Positions 44,882 through 57,404 of a stretch of DNA of 64,000 bases are shown here, one piece after another. Source of the stretch: Alphaproteobacteria bacterium. Lineage in GTDB: Bacteria > Pseudomonadota > Alphaproteobacteria > JACAEB01. The translations under genes were made by a program, and so were the position numbers. Under the pieces are notes generated by a model. The model ran no database searches. It worked only from the letters and a program-made list of their open reading frames with translations, and was not told the DNA's origin. The stretch is taken from positions 2,235 to 66,234 of the forward strand of contig JACKLE010000007.1 in NCBI GenBank assembly GCA_024236075.1, read 5' to 3'. How positions within the stretch are numbered: position 1 is the first letter of the stretch; each line of letters begins with the position of its first letter.

Positions 44882-46057
44882 ATGGCAGTCGCGCCAGAGA
44901 CAGCGGGCGGACCGCTCGCCGGCATTCTCGTCCTCGACCTGACGCGCGTCCTCGCCGGCCCCTTCGCCGCGATGCAGCTCCTCGACCTCGGCGCACGCGT
45001 CGTCAAGATCGAGCGGCCGGGAACGGGCGACGACGCCCGCCACATCGGACCGTTCGTGGACGGAGCGTCCGTCTATTTCGCCTCCGTCAACCGCGGCAAG
45101 GAATCGATCGCGCTCGACCTTAAGGACCCGCGCGATCTCGCCCTCTTTGAGCGCCTGCTCGCGAAGGCGGACGTGCTCCTCGAGAACTATCGCGGCGGCA
45201 CGATGGAGAAGCTTGGCCTCGGCTGGGACGTCCTCGCGCGGCGCCACCCGCGCCTCGTCTACGCGGCGGTGAGCGGCTTTGGCCATAGCGGCCCCTATGC
45301 GCAGAAGCCCGCCTACGACATGGTGGTTCAGGCCATGGGCGGGATCATGAGCCTCACGGGCCATCCGGGGGGGCCGGCGACGCGCGTCGGCACCTCGATC
45401 GGCGATCTCGCCGCCGGCCTCTTCTGCGCCACCGGCATCCTCGCCGCGCTCTACGATCGCAAGAGCACGGGACGCGGCCAGAAGGTCGACGTCTCCATGC
45501 TCGACTGCCAGGTCGCCTTCCTGGAGAACGCCATCGCCCGCTATTTCGCGACCGGCACGGTGCCGGGGCCGCTCGGCTCCCGCCATCCCTCGATCGCGCC
45601 CTTCGCCGCCTTCCGCGCCGGCGACGGCGCCCTCGTCATCGCGGCGGGAAACGACGAGCTCTTCCGCCGGCTGACGGAGATCCTCGCCCTGCCCGAGGCG
45701 GCGGCCGATCCCCGCTTCGTCTCGAACGCATCGCGCACGGAGCATGCCGAGGCCCTAGCCGAGATCCTCGAGCGCGCGCTCGCGCGCGGCACCGTCGCCG
45801 ACTGGCTCGCGCGCCTCGAGGCCGCGGGCATTCCCTGCGGCCCCATCAACAGCGTCGCCGATGTCGTCGCCGACCCGCAGGTCCGCGCGCGCAACATGAT
45901 CGTGACCGCAGACGGCGGCCCGCTCGGCCCTTTTCCGGTCGCCGGCAATCCGATGAAGCTCTCCGCCCACGCGGACCCCGCGACGCGCGGCCGCGTGCCC
46001 GCGCTCGATGCCGACCGGGCCCGCATCCTTGCCGAGCTCGGCATATCCGGGGAATGA
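44882..46057 (+). CDS. Class III (CaiB/BaiF family) CoA-transferase
   Basis: PLAGILVLDLTRVLAGPFAAMQLLDLGARVVKIERPGTGDDAR...YFASVNRGKESIALDLK...YDMVVQAMGG.MS.TG. Confidence 0.85.
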   Translation: MAVAPETAGGPLAGILVLDLTRVLAGPFAAMQLLDLGARVVKIERPGTGDDARHIGPFVDGASVYFASVNRGKESIALDLKDPRDLALFERLLAKADVLLENYRGGTMEKLGLGWDVLARRHPRLVYAAVSGFGHSGPYAQKPAYDMVVQAMGGIMSLTGHPGGPATRVGTSIGDLAAGLFCATGILAALYDRKSTGRGQKVDVSMLDCQVAFLENAIARYFATGTVPGPLGSRHPSIAPFAAFRAGDGALVIAAGNDELFRRLTEILALPEAAADPRFVSNASRTEHAEALAEILERALARGTVADWLARLEAAGIPCGPINSVADVVADPQVRARNMIVTADGGPLGPFPVAGNPMKLSAHADPATRGRVPALDADRARILAELGISGE

Positions 46058-46178
46058 GCGCGGCCGCGGCGATGCGGGCCCTCGCGCGGTTCCGCCGCGT
46101 CATCTTGTGCGTGCGGAATGCGCCGTCCATACTCCGGCGTCCGCCGGACGCCACGCAGCCTGCCGAAGGAGGCGCTCC

Positions 46179-47570
46179 ATGACGCAAGACCGTCTCGAAA
46201 CGGACTATCTCGTCGTCGGCGCCGGCGCGGCCGGCCTCGCCTTCGCGGATTCGCTGCTCGCCGAGAGCGGCGCGCGGATCGCCATCGTGGACGAGCGGGC
46301 GCGCCCCGGCGGCCATTGGAACGACGCCTACCGCTTCGTGCGCCTGCATCAGCCCTCGATCAATTACGGGGTCAACTCGATGCCCCTCGGCTCGGGCGCG
46401 CTCGACGCCGCGGGGCCCAATGCTGGCTGCCACGAGCTCGCGACCGGCATGCAGGTCTGCGCCTATTTCGAGGAGGTGATGGAGCGCGCGCTTCTGCCCA
46501 CGGGGCGCGTCGACTACCTGCCCCTGAGCCGGTATGAGGAAGGCGGGCGCATCGTCTCGCTGGTGACAGGGGAGGCCCGCTCCGTGCACGTGCGCAGGAG
46601 GATCGTGGACACGACCTATGTCGCGGGCACCGTCCCCTCGCGCCACGTGCCGGGCTATCGCATCGCGGAAGGCGTGCGCCACATCGCGGTGAACGGTCTC
46701 GCCATGCTCGAGGAGCCCGCCGGGCGCTACGTCGTCATCGGCGGCGGCAAGACCGGCATGGACGCCTGCCTCTTTCTCCTGGAGCGCGGGCTCGATCCCG
46801 ACGCGATCGTCTGGATCGTACCGCAGGACGCCTGGCTCGTGGACCGCGCGACGATCCAACCCGGCGAGGAGTTCTACGACCGGACCGTCGGCAACCTCAT
46901 CGCGCAGATGGAGGCGGCCGCCGCCGCGACCTCGGTCGACGACCTCTTCCTCAGGCTCGAGGCGGCCGGCGCGCTCTTCCGTCTCGATCCGGCCGTGATG
47001 CCGACGGCCTATCGCTGCGCCACGATCAACGCCTTCGAGCTCGCGCAATTGCGCCGTATTCGGAACGTCGTGCGCCTGGGCCGCGTCGCGGCGATCGAGA
47101 AGGACAGGATCCGTCTGGCGCGCGGCGAGATCGCGACCGACCCCGGCACGATCCATGTCGACTGCTCGGCGAAGGGAATCGCGCCGCGCCCGGCGAGGCC
47201 CATCTTCGCGGGCGAGCGCATCACCATGCAGTTCGTGCGCACCTGCCAGCCTACCTTCAGCGCCGCCTTCATCGCCTTCGTCGAGGCCCATTTCGAGGAC
47301 GAGGCGAGGAAGAACGAGCTCTGCGGCGTGATCCGAAGCCCAGAGAGCGTCCTCGACTGGCTCACCATGACGCTGGGCAATGCGGCAAACAGCTACAAAT
47401 GGTCGAGGGAAGCCAAGCTCCAGCCCTGGCTTCTTGCCTCGCGCCTCAACGGCTTCAAGGTGCTCATGGCGGACGAGAGCGCGCTTTCGCCGCCCCACGC
47501 GCAATTGCGCGCGCGCCTCTCGAAATCCATCGCCGGCGCGATGGCCAACCTCCAGCGCCTCGCGGCGTAG
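46179..47570 (+). CDS. FAD/NAD(P)-binding oxidoreductase (flavin monooxygenase-like)
   Basis: MTQDRLETDYLVVGAGAAGLAFADSLL (GxGxxG), with a second dinucleotide motif YVVIGGGKTGMDA. Confidence 0.7.
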   Translation: MTQDRLETDYLVVGAGAAGLAFADSLLAESGARIAIVDERARPGGHWNDAYRFVRLHQPSINYGVNSMPLGSGALDAAGPNAGCHELATGMQVCAYFEEVMERALLPTGRVDYLPLSRYEEGGRIVSLVTGEARSVHVRRRIVDTTYVAGTVPSRHVPGYRIAEGVRHIAVNGLAMLEEPAGRYVVIGGGKTGMDACLFLLERGLDPDAIVWIVPQDAWLVDRATIQPGEEFYDRTVGNLIAQMEAAAAATSVDDLFLRLEAAGALFRLDPAVMPTAYRCATINAFELAQLRRIRNVVRLGRVAAIEKDRIRLARGEIATDPGTIHVDCSAKGIAPRPARPIFAGERITMQFVRTCQPTFSAAFIAFVEAHFEDEARKNELCGVIRSPESVLDWLTMTLGNAANSYKWSREAKLQPWLLASRLNGFKVLMADESALSPPHAQLRARLSKSIAGAMANLQRLAA

Positions 47571-47639
47571 AGGTCCCTGCGGCCTCCCCTTCCTTCCCCC
47601 TCCCCGCACGGGCAGGGCGAAGGCATTCGGGCAGGTGGC

Positions 47640-50543
47640 CTAAGCCGCCTCGTTCGAGCGCAGCGAGTGGACGGTGTCGTGGCCGGAGACGATGGCGCGG
47701 TAATGCGTCATCACGCGCTCGGCATAGCCCTTGGCGAGCGGCACGACGGCGCGGAAGTCGGCGACGCCCGCCGCCCCCGCGATGAGCTCGGCGAGGCGCG
47801 CGGCGGGCGGGGCGCGCTTCAGGTCCACGTCTCCCGAGACGGAGAGCATCGTCTTGAGGCGGACATAGAAGCGCAGGGACTGCGAGAGCTCCTCCGCCGT
47901 GTCGGGTTCGAGGCATTTGGCGCGCGCCATGGCCTCGAAGGCGTCGAGCGGGCCCGTCGAGAGAATGTAGGGATGCTCGGCGCCGTGCTTCAGGCGCAGC
48001 CCCTCGACGATGAAGGAGAGGTCGTTGAGCCCTCCGTGCATGCGCTCGATGTCGCCGAGCGAGCCGATCTGGTCGGGGCGCGGCAGCGTCGCGCGGGCGC
48101 GGTCGGCGTCCTGCAGCACGCGTTGCGCCTTGCGCGGGCGCGTGATGAGGTCGGCGAGCGCGGCGCGCAGGCGCTCCGTCAGGGCCTTCGGCCCGCAGAC
48201 GATGCGCGCATTCGAGAGCGAGAGCAGCTCGAGCGCGCCGACCTCGCCCACATAGTGGTTGCGGAAGACGCGCAGGGAGGCCGCGATGTCGCCCGAGGCG
48301 CCGCCCGGTCCCGCGCTCGTGTCCACCGCGAAGAGCGGCGGCGCGCCGTCCGGCCCCGGCGTCGAAAGGCTGCGCGCGATCGCGCGGGAGAGCTCGCTGT
48401 AATATTGGAGCGAATCCGCGGTCGGGCCTTCCTCGCCGTCGGGATCGAAGACGAAGGTGAGCTTCAACGTGCCGCCGAGCGAGGGCAGGCCGGCGCCGTA
48501 TTCGCCGAGGGCGAGGACCGCGAGACCGCGTCCGGGCTCGGCGCGGCCCGAGCGGTGCTCGGCCGAGACCGTGTCGACGACCGCGCGCACCGCCTCGTCG
48601 GTGAGGTCGGCGAGCAGAGGCGGAAGGTCGAGCACGGAGAGATCGCCGCGCAGGAGCCCCATGGCGAGGCGCGCGCGGTTCTCCGAGAGCCAGGGCGCGA
48701 GGCGCTGGCGCAGATCCTCGAAGCGCGGCGCGGCGAGCGGCGGGGAGAAACGTTCGAGCCAGCGCTCGCGCGTCGTCGGGTACGGGGCGCCGGTCTCGAA
48801 GAGCTCGGCAATGAGGAGCGGGTCCTTCGCGATGACGTCGCGCGCATGGACGCCGTTGCCGAAGAGGTCGGCGAGGAAGGTGATGAGCCGGGGCTCGTCG
48901 CGCACGCGCATCAAGGGATCGACCGAGGGCGGAGCGTTGCGCAGGACCTCGTCGAGGCGGCGGATCGCGATGTCCGGGTCGCGCGTGCGGCCGACGGCCG
49001 TGAGCAGCCCCGGCGCGATCTCCGAGAGGCGCTTGGGCGCGCCGCCCTTGGAGCGCTCGAAGCGGTGCGAGAGCCAGCCGTCGACCGTGGTACCGACATC
49101 ACCGCCGTCCTGGAAGCCGATGCGCTCGAGCGTGCCCTGCGTCTCGCTGACCTCGCCGTCAGCCCGAAGGCCGCTCGCGGCGCCCAGCCGCGCGCGCGGG
49201 CCCTCGCTCATGAGGCTCAGCCAATATTGCCGCGTCTCGGCGATGGCGCCCTCGATCACCGTCTCGAAGAGATCGGTCTGCGAGAAGGCGCAAAGCGCCG
49301 CGAGCGAGGCGAGCTCGCCGCCTTGCGCCGGCTCGGGAGAGGCATGGCCGCGCACGAGCTGCAGCCGATCCTCGACGCGCCGCGCGAAATGCAGAAGGCC
49401 CAGGAGACGCTCCACGCTGTAGGCGTCGAGCGCGCCGAGGCGCTCGGCCTCGTGCAGCACGTCGCGCGCGGAGCCCTCGCGGAAGGCGAGGTCCGCGCCG
49501 CCGAGCGCGAGACGGCACACGTCGACGATCTGCTGCAGGCCCATCGAGAGCGCGGCAAGGCCCGTCTCGGTCTCCTCGCTCGGCGGGCGCTCGGGCGCGA
49601 CCGCGCGGCGAATGTCCTCGACCGTCAGCGTGCGGGCGAAGAGCTGCTCCTGCGCGAGCCCCAGGAAGCGCGTGCCGGCCTCCAGATCGCCCGCGAGCAC
49701 CGTGGCGTTGACGAGGAAGGCGCGCACTTCGGGCGCGTCGTCGCCGGTGAGCGCCGCCATCACCTCCTCCGTCGAGACGACGAGCGAGGTCGCGCGCGTG
49801 CCGAGCCGGCGGGCGGTCGTTAGGCGGAAGATCTGCGGGACGTCCTTGAGCCCGCCGAGGCTGTCGCAGAGATCGCCCGCGAGGCGCTCGAAGGCGCGGT
49901 CGGCCGCGCGCAGGCGCAGCGAGCGGAGCCGCTCCTGGTCCGTGACGCAGAGAATGTCGATGGGGCCGCAATAGCCTGGCTCGCCGGCCGCGAAGCTCTT
50001 GCCCGCGAGGACGAAGAAGCCCGGCAGCGTCGAGGGCGTGCCGTCCTCGTCGACCTTGAGCTCGCCGTGCCGGAAGGCAAGGCGCACGAGCCAGGCGAGG
50101 CTCGTCTCCACGACGCGCCGGCCGAGGCGCGCAAGGGCCTCGCCCACGCGCTCGCATTCCCAAAGGCCGGAGAGGTCGGAGAAGGCGATGGCGACGGCCG
50201 CGCGCTCCTTGAGCGGGCTCACCGCGCGCGAGAGCGCGGGAACGGGGCCGGTGACACGGTCAAGCGCGCCGAGATCGCCCTCGACCTGCGCGATCACCGC
50301 ATCGGCGCGCCCCGAGAGCGCGTCGATCACGGCGTCGGGATGCTGTAGCGAGAGATCGCTGAGGTGCGGCGCGTGCTCGAAGACCGAGAGGAGAACCGCC
50401 TCGCGGCGCGGATCGTCGAGGATCGCCTGGATGGCGGCGGCCTGCGCGACGCCGGCGCGCCGGCGCCAATGCTCCAGCCGCGCCATGACCTCGGCCGAGG
50501 CCTTGCGGCTCGTGGCATCGTCGCTCGCTGTCGTGCTCGCCAT
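47640..50543 (-). CDS. glnE: Bifunctional glutamine synthetase adenylyltransferase/adenylyl-removing enzyme
   Basis: 967 aa with the two-nucleotidyltransferase-domain architecture (GLAVLALGEYGAGLPSLGGTLKLTFVFD; FFVLAGKSFAAGEPGYCGPIDILCV). Confidence 0.85.
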   Translation of the reverse strand: MASTTASDDATSRKASAEVMARLEHWRRRAGVAQAAAIQAILDDPRREAVLLSVFEHAPHLSDLSLQHPDAVIDALSGRADAVIAQVEGDLGALDRVTGPVPALSRAVSPLKERAAVAIAFSDLSGLWECERVGEALARLGRRVVETSLAWLVRLAFRHGELKVDEDGTPSTLPGFFVLAGKSFAAGEPGYCGPIDILCVTDQERLRSLRLRAADRAFERLAGDLCDSLGGLKDVPQIFRLTTARRLGTRATSLVVSTEEVMAALTGDDAPEVRAFLVNATVLAGDLEAGTRFLGLAQEQLFARTLTVEDIRRAVAPERPPSEETETGLAALSMGLQQIVDVCRLALGGADLAFREGSARDVLHEAERLGALDAYSVERLLGLLHFARRVEDRLQLVRGHASPEPAQGGELASLAALCAFSQTDLFETVIEGAIAETRQYWLSLMSEGPRARLGAASGLRADGEVSETQGTLERIGFQDGGDVGTTVDGWLSHRFERSKGGAPKRLSEIAPGLLTAVGRTRDPDIAIRRLDEVLRNAPPSVDPLMRVRDEPRLITFLADLFGNGVHARDVIAKDPLLIAELFETGAPYPTTRERWLERFSPPLAAPRFEDLRQRLAPWLSENRARLAMGLLRGDLSVLDLPPLLADLTDEAVRAVVDTVSAEHRSGRAEPGRGLAVLALGEYGAGLPSLGGTLKLTFVFDPDGEEGPTADSLQYYSELSRAIARSLSTPGPDGAPPLFAVDTSAGPGGASGDIAASLRVFRNHYVGEVGALELLSLSNARIVCGPKALTERLRAALADLITRPRKAQRVLQDADRARATLPRPDQIGSLGDIERMHGGLNDLSFIVEGLRLKHGAEHPYILSTGPLDAFEAMARAKCLEPDTAEELSQSLRFYVRLKTMLSVSGDVDLKRAPPAARLAELIAGAAGVADFRAVVPLAKGYAERVMTHYRAIVSGHDTVHSLRSNEAA

Positions 50544-50639
50544 GAAGGGCTCCGTCGAAAAGGGGCTGCTCGACGGGCACTTTTGCGCAAACGTCGTTAA
50601 CGGCCGGTTTGCTCGGCGGCCGGATGCTTAGGGAACGCT

Positions 50640-52868
<2,229 letters not shown>

Positions 52869-54572
52869 CTACCCCGCGGCCCTCGCGCGGGAGCGCTTCG
52901 TTCCCGCACGGAGGAGCCGGGCCGCGGCGGCGCGGGCCTCGTCCGTCACCTCCGCGCCCGCCAGCATGCGCGCGACCTCCTCGCGCCGCTCGTCCTCGCC
53001 GAGCTCCGCGAGGCGCGTGACGGTGCCGCCCGCGCCGGCTCCCTTCTCGACCTTGAGATGGACGCGCCCGCGCGCGGCGACCTGCGGCGCGTGAGTGACG
53101 ACGAAGACCTGGCCGGAGGCGCCAGCCAGGCGCGCGAGGCGCTCGCCCACGGCATCGGCGACGGCGCCCCCGACGCCATTGTCGACCTCGTCGAAGACGA
53201 GCGTGCGCGCGGGCGCGCCGGCCTCCAGCGCCACCTTCAGCGCGAGCGCGAAGCGCGCGAGCTCGCCCCCGGACGCGATGGCGTCGATGGGCCCGAAGGG
53301 ATGGCCCGCATTCGTCGCGACCTCGAAGCGCACCGCGTCGAGGCCGTGCGCGGCGCCCTCGTCCTCGCCGAGCGCGTCGATCCGCGTGCGGAAGCGCGCC
53401 CCGCCGAGCTTCAGGGGAGAAAGCTCGCTCGCCACGGCAGCATCCAGCGCCGCGGCCGCGAGCGCCCGCCGCGCGCTCAGGGCCCGCGCCGCGACAAGAT
53501 AGGCCTCGCGCGCGGCCCCGGTCTCGCGCTCGAGCCTTCGGAGATCCTCCTCCATGGTCGCGAGCGAGCCCCGGTCCGCCCGCAGACGATCGCCGAGCGC
53601 GCTCAGGGCGTCGGGCGTCACGCGATGCTTGCGCGCGACGGCCCGCAGCGCGAAGAGGCGCTCCTCGGCCCGCTCGAGCGCGCCGGCATCGAAGCTCGAC
53701 CGCGCGGCCGCCTCGGCGAGGCGGGCCTCCGCCTCCCGCGCCTCGATGAGCGCGCGCTCGAGCGCCGCGATGGGCTCGCGCAGCGATCCCGGCGCTTCGG
53801 CCTCAAGGCGCTCGAGCCGGCGCAGGACCCCGTTGAGACGCTTGTCGAGGCCGGCATCCTCGCCGAGAGTCTTCAGCGCGTCGGCGAGCTCGGCCGCCAC
53901 GCGCTCGGCCCGGCTCTGACCCGCGCGCAGGGCGACGAGCGCGGTCTCCTCGCCGGGCTCGGGCTTCAATGCCTCGATCTCCGCGAGGCTCGCATCGAGG
54001 TGGGCGAGCTCGGCTTCGCGCTCCGCCATTTGCGCGCGAAGCGTGTCGAGGCGCTCCCGCGTGCCGCGCCAGCGCGCGAATGCCCCGCTCACCTCGCCGG
54101 CAAGCGGCTCGAGAGCCCCGCAGGCATCTAGGGCGGCGCGATGGCGCGCCGGCTTGAGAAGCGCGAGGTTGGCGCGCTGGCCGTGAATCTCGAGAAGCCC
54201 CTCGCCGAGGGCCTCCAGAAAGGCGAGGCTCACGAGCTCGTCGTTGACGAAGGCGCGCGTGCGACCGTCGGCGCCGAGCTGGCGGCGCAGGATGATCTCC
54301 CCGGCCTCGCCGGCATCGAGTCCCTGCTCGGCCAGAAGGGCGCGCGCGGGATGGCCGCGCGGGACCGTGAAGAGCGCGCTGACCTGCGCCCGTTCGCCCC
54401 AGGGTCCGATGAGCGCGCGGTCGCCGCGCGCGCCCACGGCAAGTCCCAGAGCATCGAGCAGCAGCGACTTGCCGGCGCCCGTCTCTCCCGTCAGCACGTG
54501 CAGGCCGGGTCCGAATTCGAGGTCCAGCGCCTCGATCAGCACGACATTCCGCACCGAGAGGGCCGCCAGCAT
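52869..54572 (-). CDS. recN: DNA repair protein RecN
   Basis: MLAALSVRNVVLIEALDLEFGPGLHVLTGETGAGKSLLLDALGL, a coiled-coil, and SGGELARFALALKV...LVFDEVD. Confidence 0.95.
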   Translation of the reverse strand: MLAALSVRNVVLIEALDLEFGPGLHVLTGETGAGKSLLLDALGLAVGARGDRALIGPWGERAQVSALFTVPRGHPARALLAEQGLDAGEAGEIILRRQLGADGRTRAFVNDELVSLAFLEALGEGLLEIHGQRANLALLKPARHRAALDACGALEPLAGEVSGAFARWRGTRERLDTLRAQMAEREAELAHLDASLAEIEALKPEPGEETALVALRAGQSRAERVAAELADALKTLGEDAGLDKRLNGVLRRLERLEAEAPGSLREPIAALERALIEAREAEARLAEAAARSSFDAGALERAEERLFALRAVARKHRVTPDALSALGDRLRADRGSLATMEEDLRRLERETGAAREAYLVAARALSARRALAAAALDAAVASELSPLKLGGARFRTRIDALGEDEGAAHGLDAVRFEVATNAGHPFGPIDAIASGGELARFALALKVALEAGAPARTLVFDEVDNGVGGAVADAVGERLARLAGASGQVFVVTHAPQVAARGRVHLKVEKGAGAGGTVTRLAELGEDERREEVARMLAGAEVTDEARAAAARLLRAGTKRSRARAAG

Positions 54573-54648
54573 GGCCTAGCCTTCCCGGCCGATGGCGAGC
54601 GCGGCGTCCGAGGGGACCGCCGCGCGCCCGGAGCGCGGGGAGCGAACC

Positions 54649-55470
54649 TCAGAACACCGAGTTCCAGGCCCTCGAGATCCAGGAATCCTTGTTCTCTTCC
54701 GGCCTGAGGTTGCTCTTGGTGAGAAGCTCATAGGAGTCCGCATACCACTCGCTGCCAGGATAGTTGTAGCCGAGCACCGCCGCGGCCGTCTGGGCCTCCT
54801 GCGTCACGCCGAGCGAGAGATAGGCCTCGACGAGGCGGTGCAGCGCCTCGGGCGTGTGGGTCGTGGTCTGGTATTTCTCGATCACGTTGCGGAAGCGATT
54901 GATGGCGGCGACGAGCTGATTGCGCCTCAGATAGTAGCGGCCGATCTCCATCTCCTTGCCCGCGAGATGGTCGCGCGTCATGTCGATCTTGAGGCGGGCG
55001 TCGCGCGCATATTCGCTGTTGGGAAAGCGGCGCACGACCTCGTTCAGCGCGTCGAGCGCCTGCTGCGTCATGCGCTGGTCGCGGCCGACATCGGTGATCT
55101 GCTCGTAATAGCAGACACCCTTCAGATAATACGCATAGGGAGCGTCGCGATTGCCGGGATGCAGCGTGATGAAGCGGTCGGCCGCGAGGATCGCCTCGTC
55201 GTACTTGTTGGACTGATAGTACGAAAAGGCGGACATGAGCATCGCGCGGCGCGCCCAGATCGAATAGGGATGCTGGCGCTCGACCTCGTCGAAGCGCACC
55301 GCGGCGTCGAGATAGAGACCGTCGGTCATCTTCTCCACGGCGGCGTTGTACAGCTCCTCGACGGGCTGCTCCTGATAGGCGAGGTCGGGCTTGTCGTCCG
55401 ACGAGCAGCCCGCGAGCGCGGCCGAAACGACGAGGCTGCCGGCGAGGAGGAGAAGCGCGCGTTTCTTCAC
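54649..55470 (-). CDS. bamD: Outer-membrane protein assembly factor BamD
   Basis: The GTG start at 55470 gives VKKRALLLLAGSLVVSAALAGCSS (lipobox), followed by TPR-like repeats (...YYLKGVCYYEQI...RFPNSEYARDA...). The ORF track extends to 55596. Confidence 0.85.
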   Translation of the reverse strand: MKKRALLLLAGSLVVSAALAGCSSDDKPDLAYQEQPVEELYNAAVEKMTDGLYLDAAVRFDEVERQHPYSIWARRAMLMSAFSYYQSNKYDEAILAADRFITLHPGNRDAPYAYYLKGVCYYEQITDVGRDQRMTQQALDALNEVVRRFPNSEYARDARLKIDMTRDHLAGKEMEIGRYYLRRNQLVAAINRFRNVIEKYQTTTHTPEALHRLVEAYLSLGVTQEAQTAAAVLGYNYPGSEWYADSYELLTKSNLRPEENKDSWISRAWNSVF

Positions 55471-55774
55471 AACGGGTCCCTTGGCTCTTGCTGGCGGCCT
55501 CGCCGCGCGGGTGCGTGCGCCCGGGATCATGGGTGAGGCGACGACGCACTGCAAGCCTCCGCCATGCCGCGCGCCGGGGCGGCGGCGAATTCGCATGACG
55601 GAAACGTTGCCGAATATTTATGCGGATATTTGTCCGCATTGCCCCTTGCCTTGCGCGAGCCGCGCGCAAACTTCCGGTGGTCTGCCCTTGCGTCAGCTTG
55701 GGCGCTCCCGCCTTGACGGCATCAGGGCCGCGTTTAAGGTGACGCCGGTCATCTTCCAACTAAGGATGTGAAAC

Positions 55775-56206
55775 GTGGACAATGTTTCGAGTCGCGGCCT
55801 GCGCCTCGCGCGCAAGGTCGACGAGTTTGTCGGTGAACGAATTCGGCATCGCAGAACGATGATGGGGCTCACGCAGGAGCAGCTCGCCGCCGCGCTCAAC
55901 ATTTCCTATCAGCAGGTTCAGAAATACGAGACGGGCGCCAACCGGGTGAGCGCTGGACGGCTCTACGAGATCTCCCGCAAGCTTGAGGTCGATGTCGGCT
56001 TCTTCTTCGAGGGCCTCGATCCCGATCCGAGCGCGGGGCCGATGCCGCACGGGGGACGCAACAGGGCGATGATCGAGCTCGTGCGCAATTTCTCGGAAAT
56101 TCAGGATGCGCATATCCGCAGCGCGGTCTCCAGCCTCGTGAAGAGCCTTTCGCCGCGCCGCGCGCGCGCTAACGGCGAAGACGAAGCGGTCGCCGTCCCG
56201 GAATAG
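55775..56206 (+). CDS. XRE-family helix-turn-helix transcriptional regulator
   Basis: VGERIRHRRTMMGLTQEQLAAALNISYQQVQKYETGANRVSAGRLYEISRKLEV. Confidence 0.8.
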   Translation: MDNVSSRGLRLARKVDEFVGERIRHRRTMMGLTQEQLAAALNISYQQVQKYETGANRVSAGRLYEISRKLEVDVGFFFEGLDPDPSAGPMPHGGRNRAMIELVRNFSEIQDAHIRSAVSSLVKSLSPRRARANGEDEAVAVPE

Positions 56207-56219
56207 GTCCGAAGGTCTA

Positions 56220-57140
56220 TCAGGCGAGCGCCGCGACCGGCGCCGTCCGCGCGCCCGCGAAGGCAGGCTCGCGCGCATGCCCGGGCTCCGTCCAGTCGAA
56301 CGCGTCGGAGCAGGCGAAGAGCGTCCTCAGAAGGCGGTTGTTCAGCGCGTGGCCGCCGCGCACGCTGCGGAAATGGCCGAGGATCGGTCCGCCCGCGAGC
56401 GCCAGGTCCCCGATCGCGTCCAGAATCTTGTGACGCACGAACTCATCGGGCGTACGCAAACCTTCCGGGTTGAGGACGGCGTCACCTTCGAGGACGACGG
56501 CGTTGTCGAGCGAGCCGCCGCGGGCGAGGCCGGACGCGCGGAGCAGGTCGATCTCCTCCGCGAAGCCGAAGGTGCGGGCCTCGGCGAGAAGCGCGACATA
56601 GTCGCGCGACGTTCCCGAGAAATAGCGGTGCTGCCGGCCGACCGCGCGAGAGGCGAAGGCGATCTCGCATTCGAAGGCCGGCGCGTCCGCGGGCGCCAGC
56701 ATGGCGAGCTTGTCGCCGTCGCGCACGACGACGGGACGGCGAATGCGCAGCATACGGCGCGGGGCTGCCTGCTCCTCGATGCCGGCGCGCTCGACAAGGC
56801 CGACGAAGGGCGCGGCGCTGCCGTCCATGATCGGCACCTCGCCCGCGGTCAGCTCGATGACGGCATTGTCGACCTCGAGGCCCGCGAGCGCGGACATCAC
56901 GTGCTCGACGGTCGCGATCTTCACGCCCTGACGATTGGCGATCGTGGTGCCGAGACGGGTGTCGACGACATTGTCGAAGCGGGCCGGCACCCGGCCCGAA
57001 GAAACGTCCAGGCGCTCGAAGACGATGCCGGTTCCCGGGAGCGCGGGCCGCATCGTGAGGCGCACGGGCGCGCCCGAATGCAGGCCCACCCCCTCGCACG
57101 AAACCGGCTTTGAGATGGTTGCCTGCCTGGATCGCATCAA
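56220..57140 (-). CDS. lpxC: UDP-3-O-acyl-N-acetylglucosamine deacetylase
   Basis: RQATISKPVSCEGVGLHSG..V.LT..PA..GTGIVF.R......TVEHVMSAL.G...DN...EL...E.PIMDGSA.PF...HK.LD.IGDL.L. Confidence 0.95.
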   Translation of the reverse strand: MMRSRQATISKPVSCEGVGLHSGAPVRLTMRPALPGTGIVFERLDVSSGRVPARFDNVVDTRLGTTIANRQGVKIATVEHVMSALAGLEVDNAVIELTAGEVPIMDGSAAPFVGLVERAGIEEQAAPRRMLRIRRPVVVRDGDKLAMLAPADAPAFECEIAFASRAVGRQHRYFSGTSRDYVALLAEARTFGFAEEIDLLRASGLARGGSLDNAVVLEGDAVLNPEGLRTPDEFVRHKILDAIGDLALAGGPILGHFRSVRGGHALNNRLLRTLFACSDAFDWTEPGHAREPAFAGARTAPVAALA

Positions 57141-57404
57141 ACTCGCCCCGCCCGCTCGACCGGATCCGTGGGATTGCCGCCGCCCCCCGGCCGGCGCGCG
57201 AAGGCCCCCGGCCTGCGCATCCCTCCGTCTAGGTAGCAGCGGCCCCGGCGGGCGACAAATGACGATTTATTGCCCGATGTTACCGGCGGAAATCCAAGGA
57301 CTCCGCGGCTTTCGGGCGGGATCCGTCCCCCTCCGCCGGGGCGGGCGCGACGGTGCGGAGCCCCGTGCTCGGCGGGACTGCGCGTCGGCGTTCGGAACGG
57401 CCGC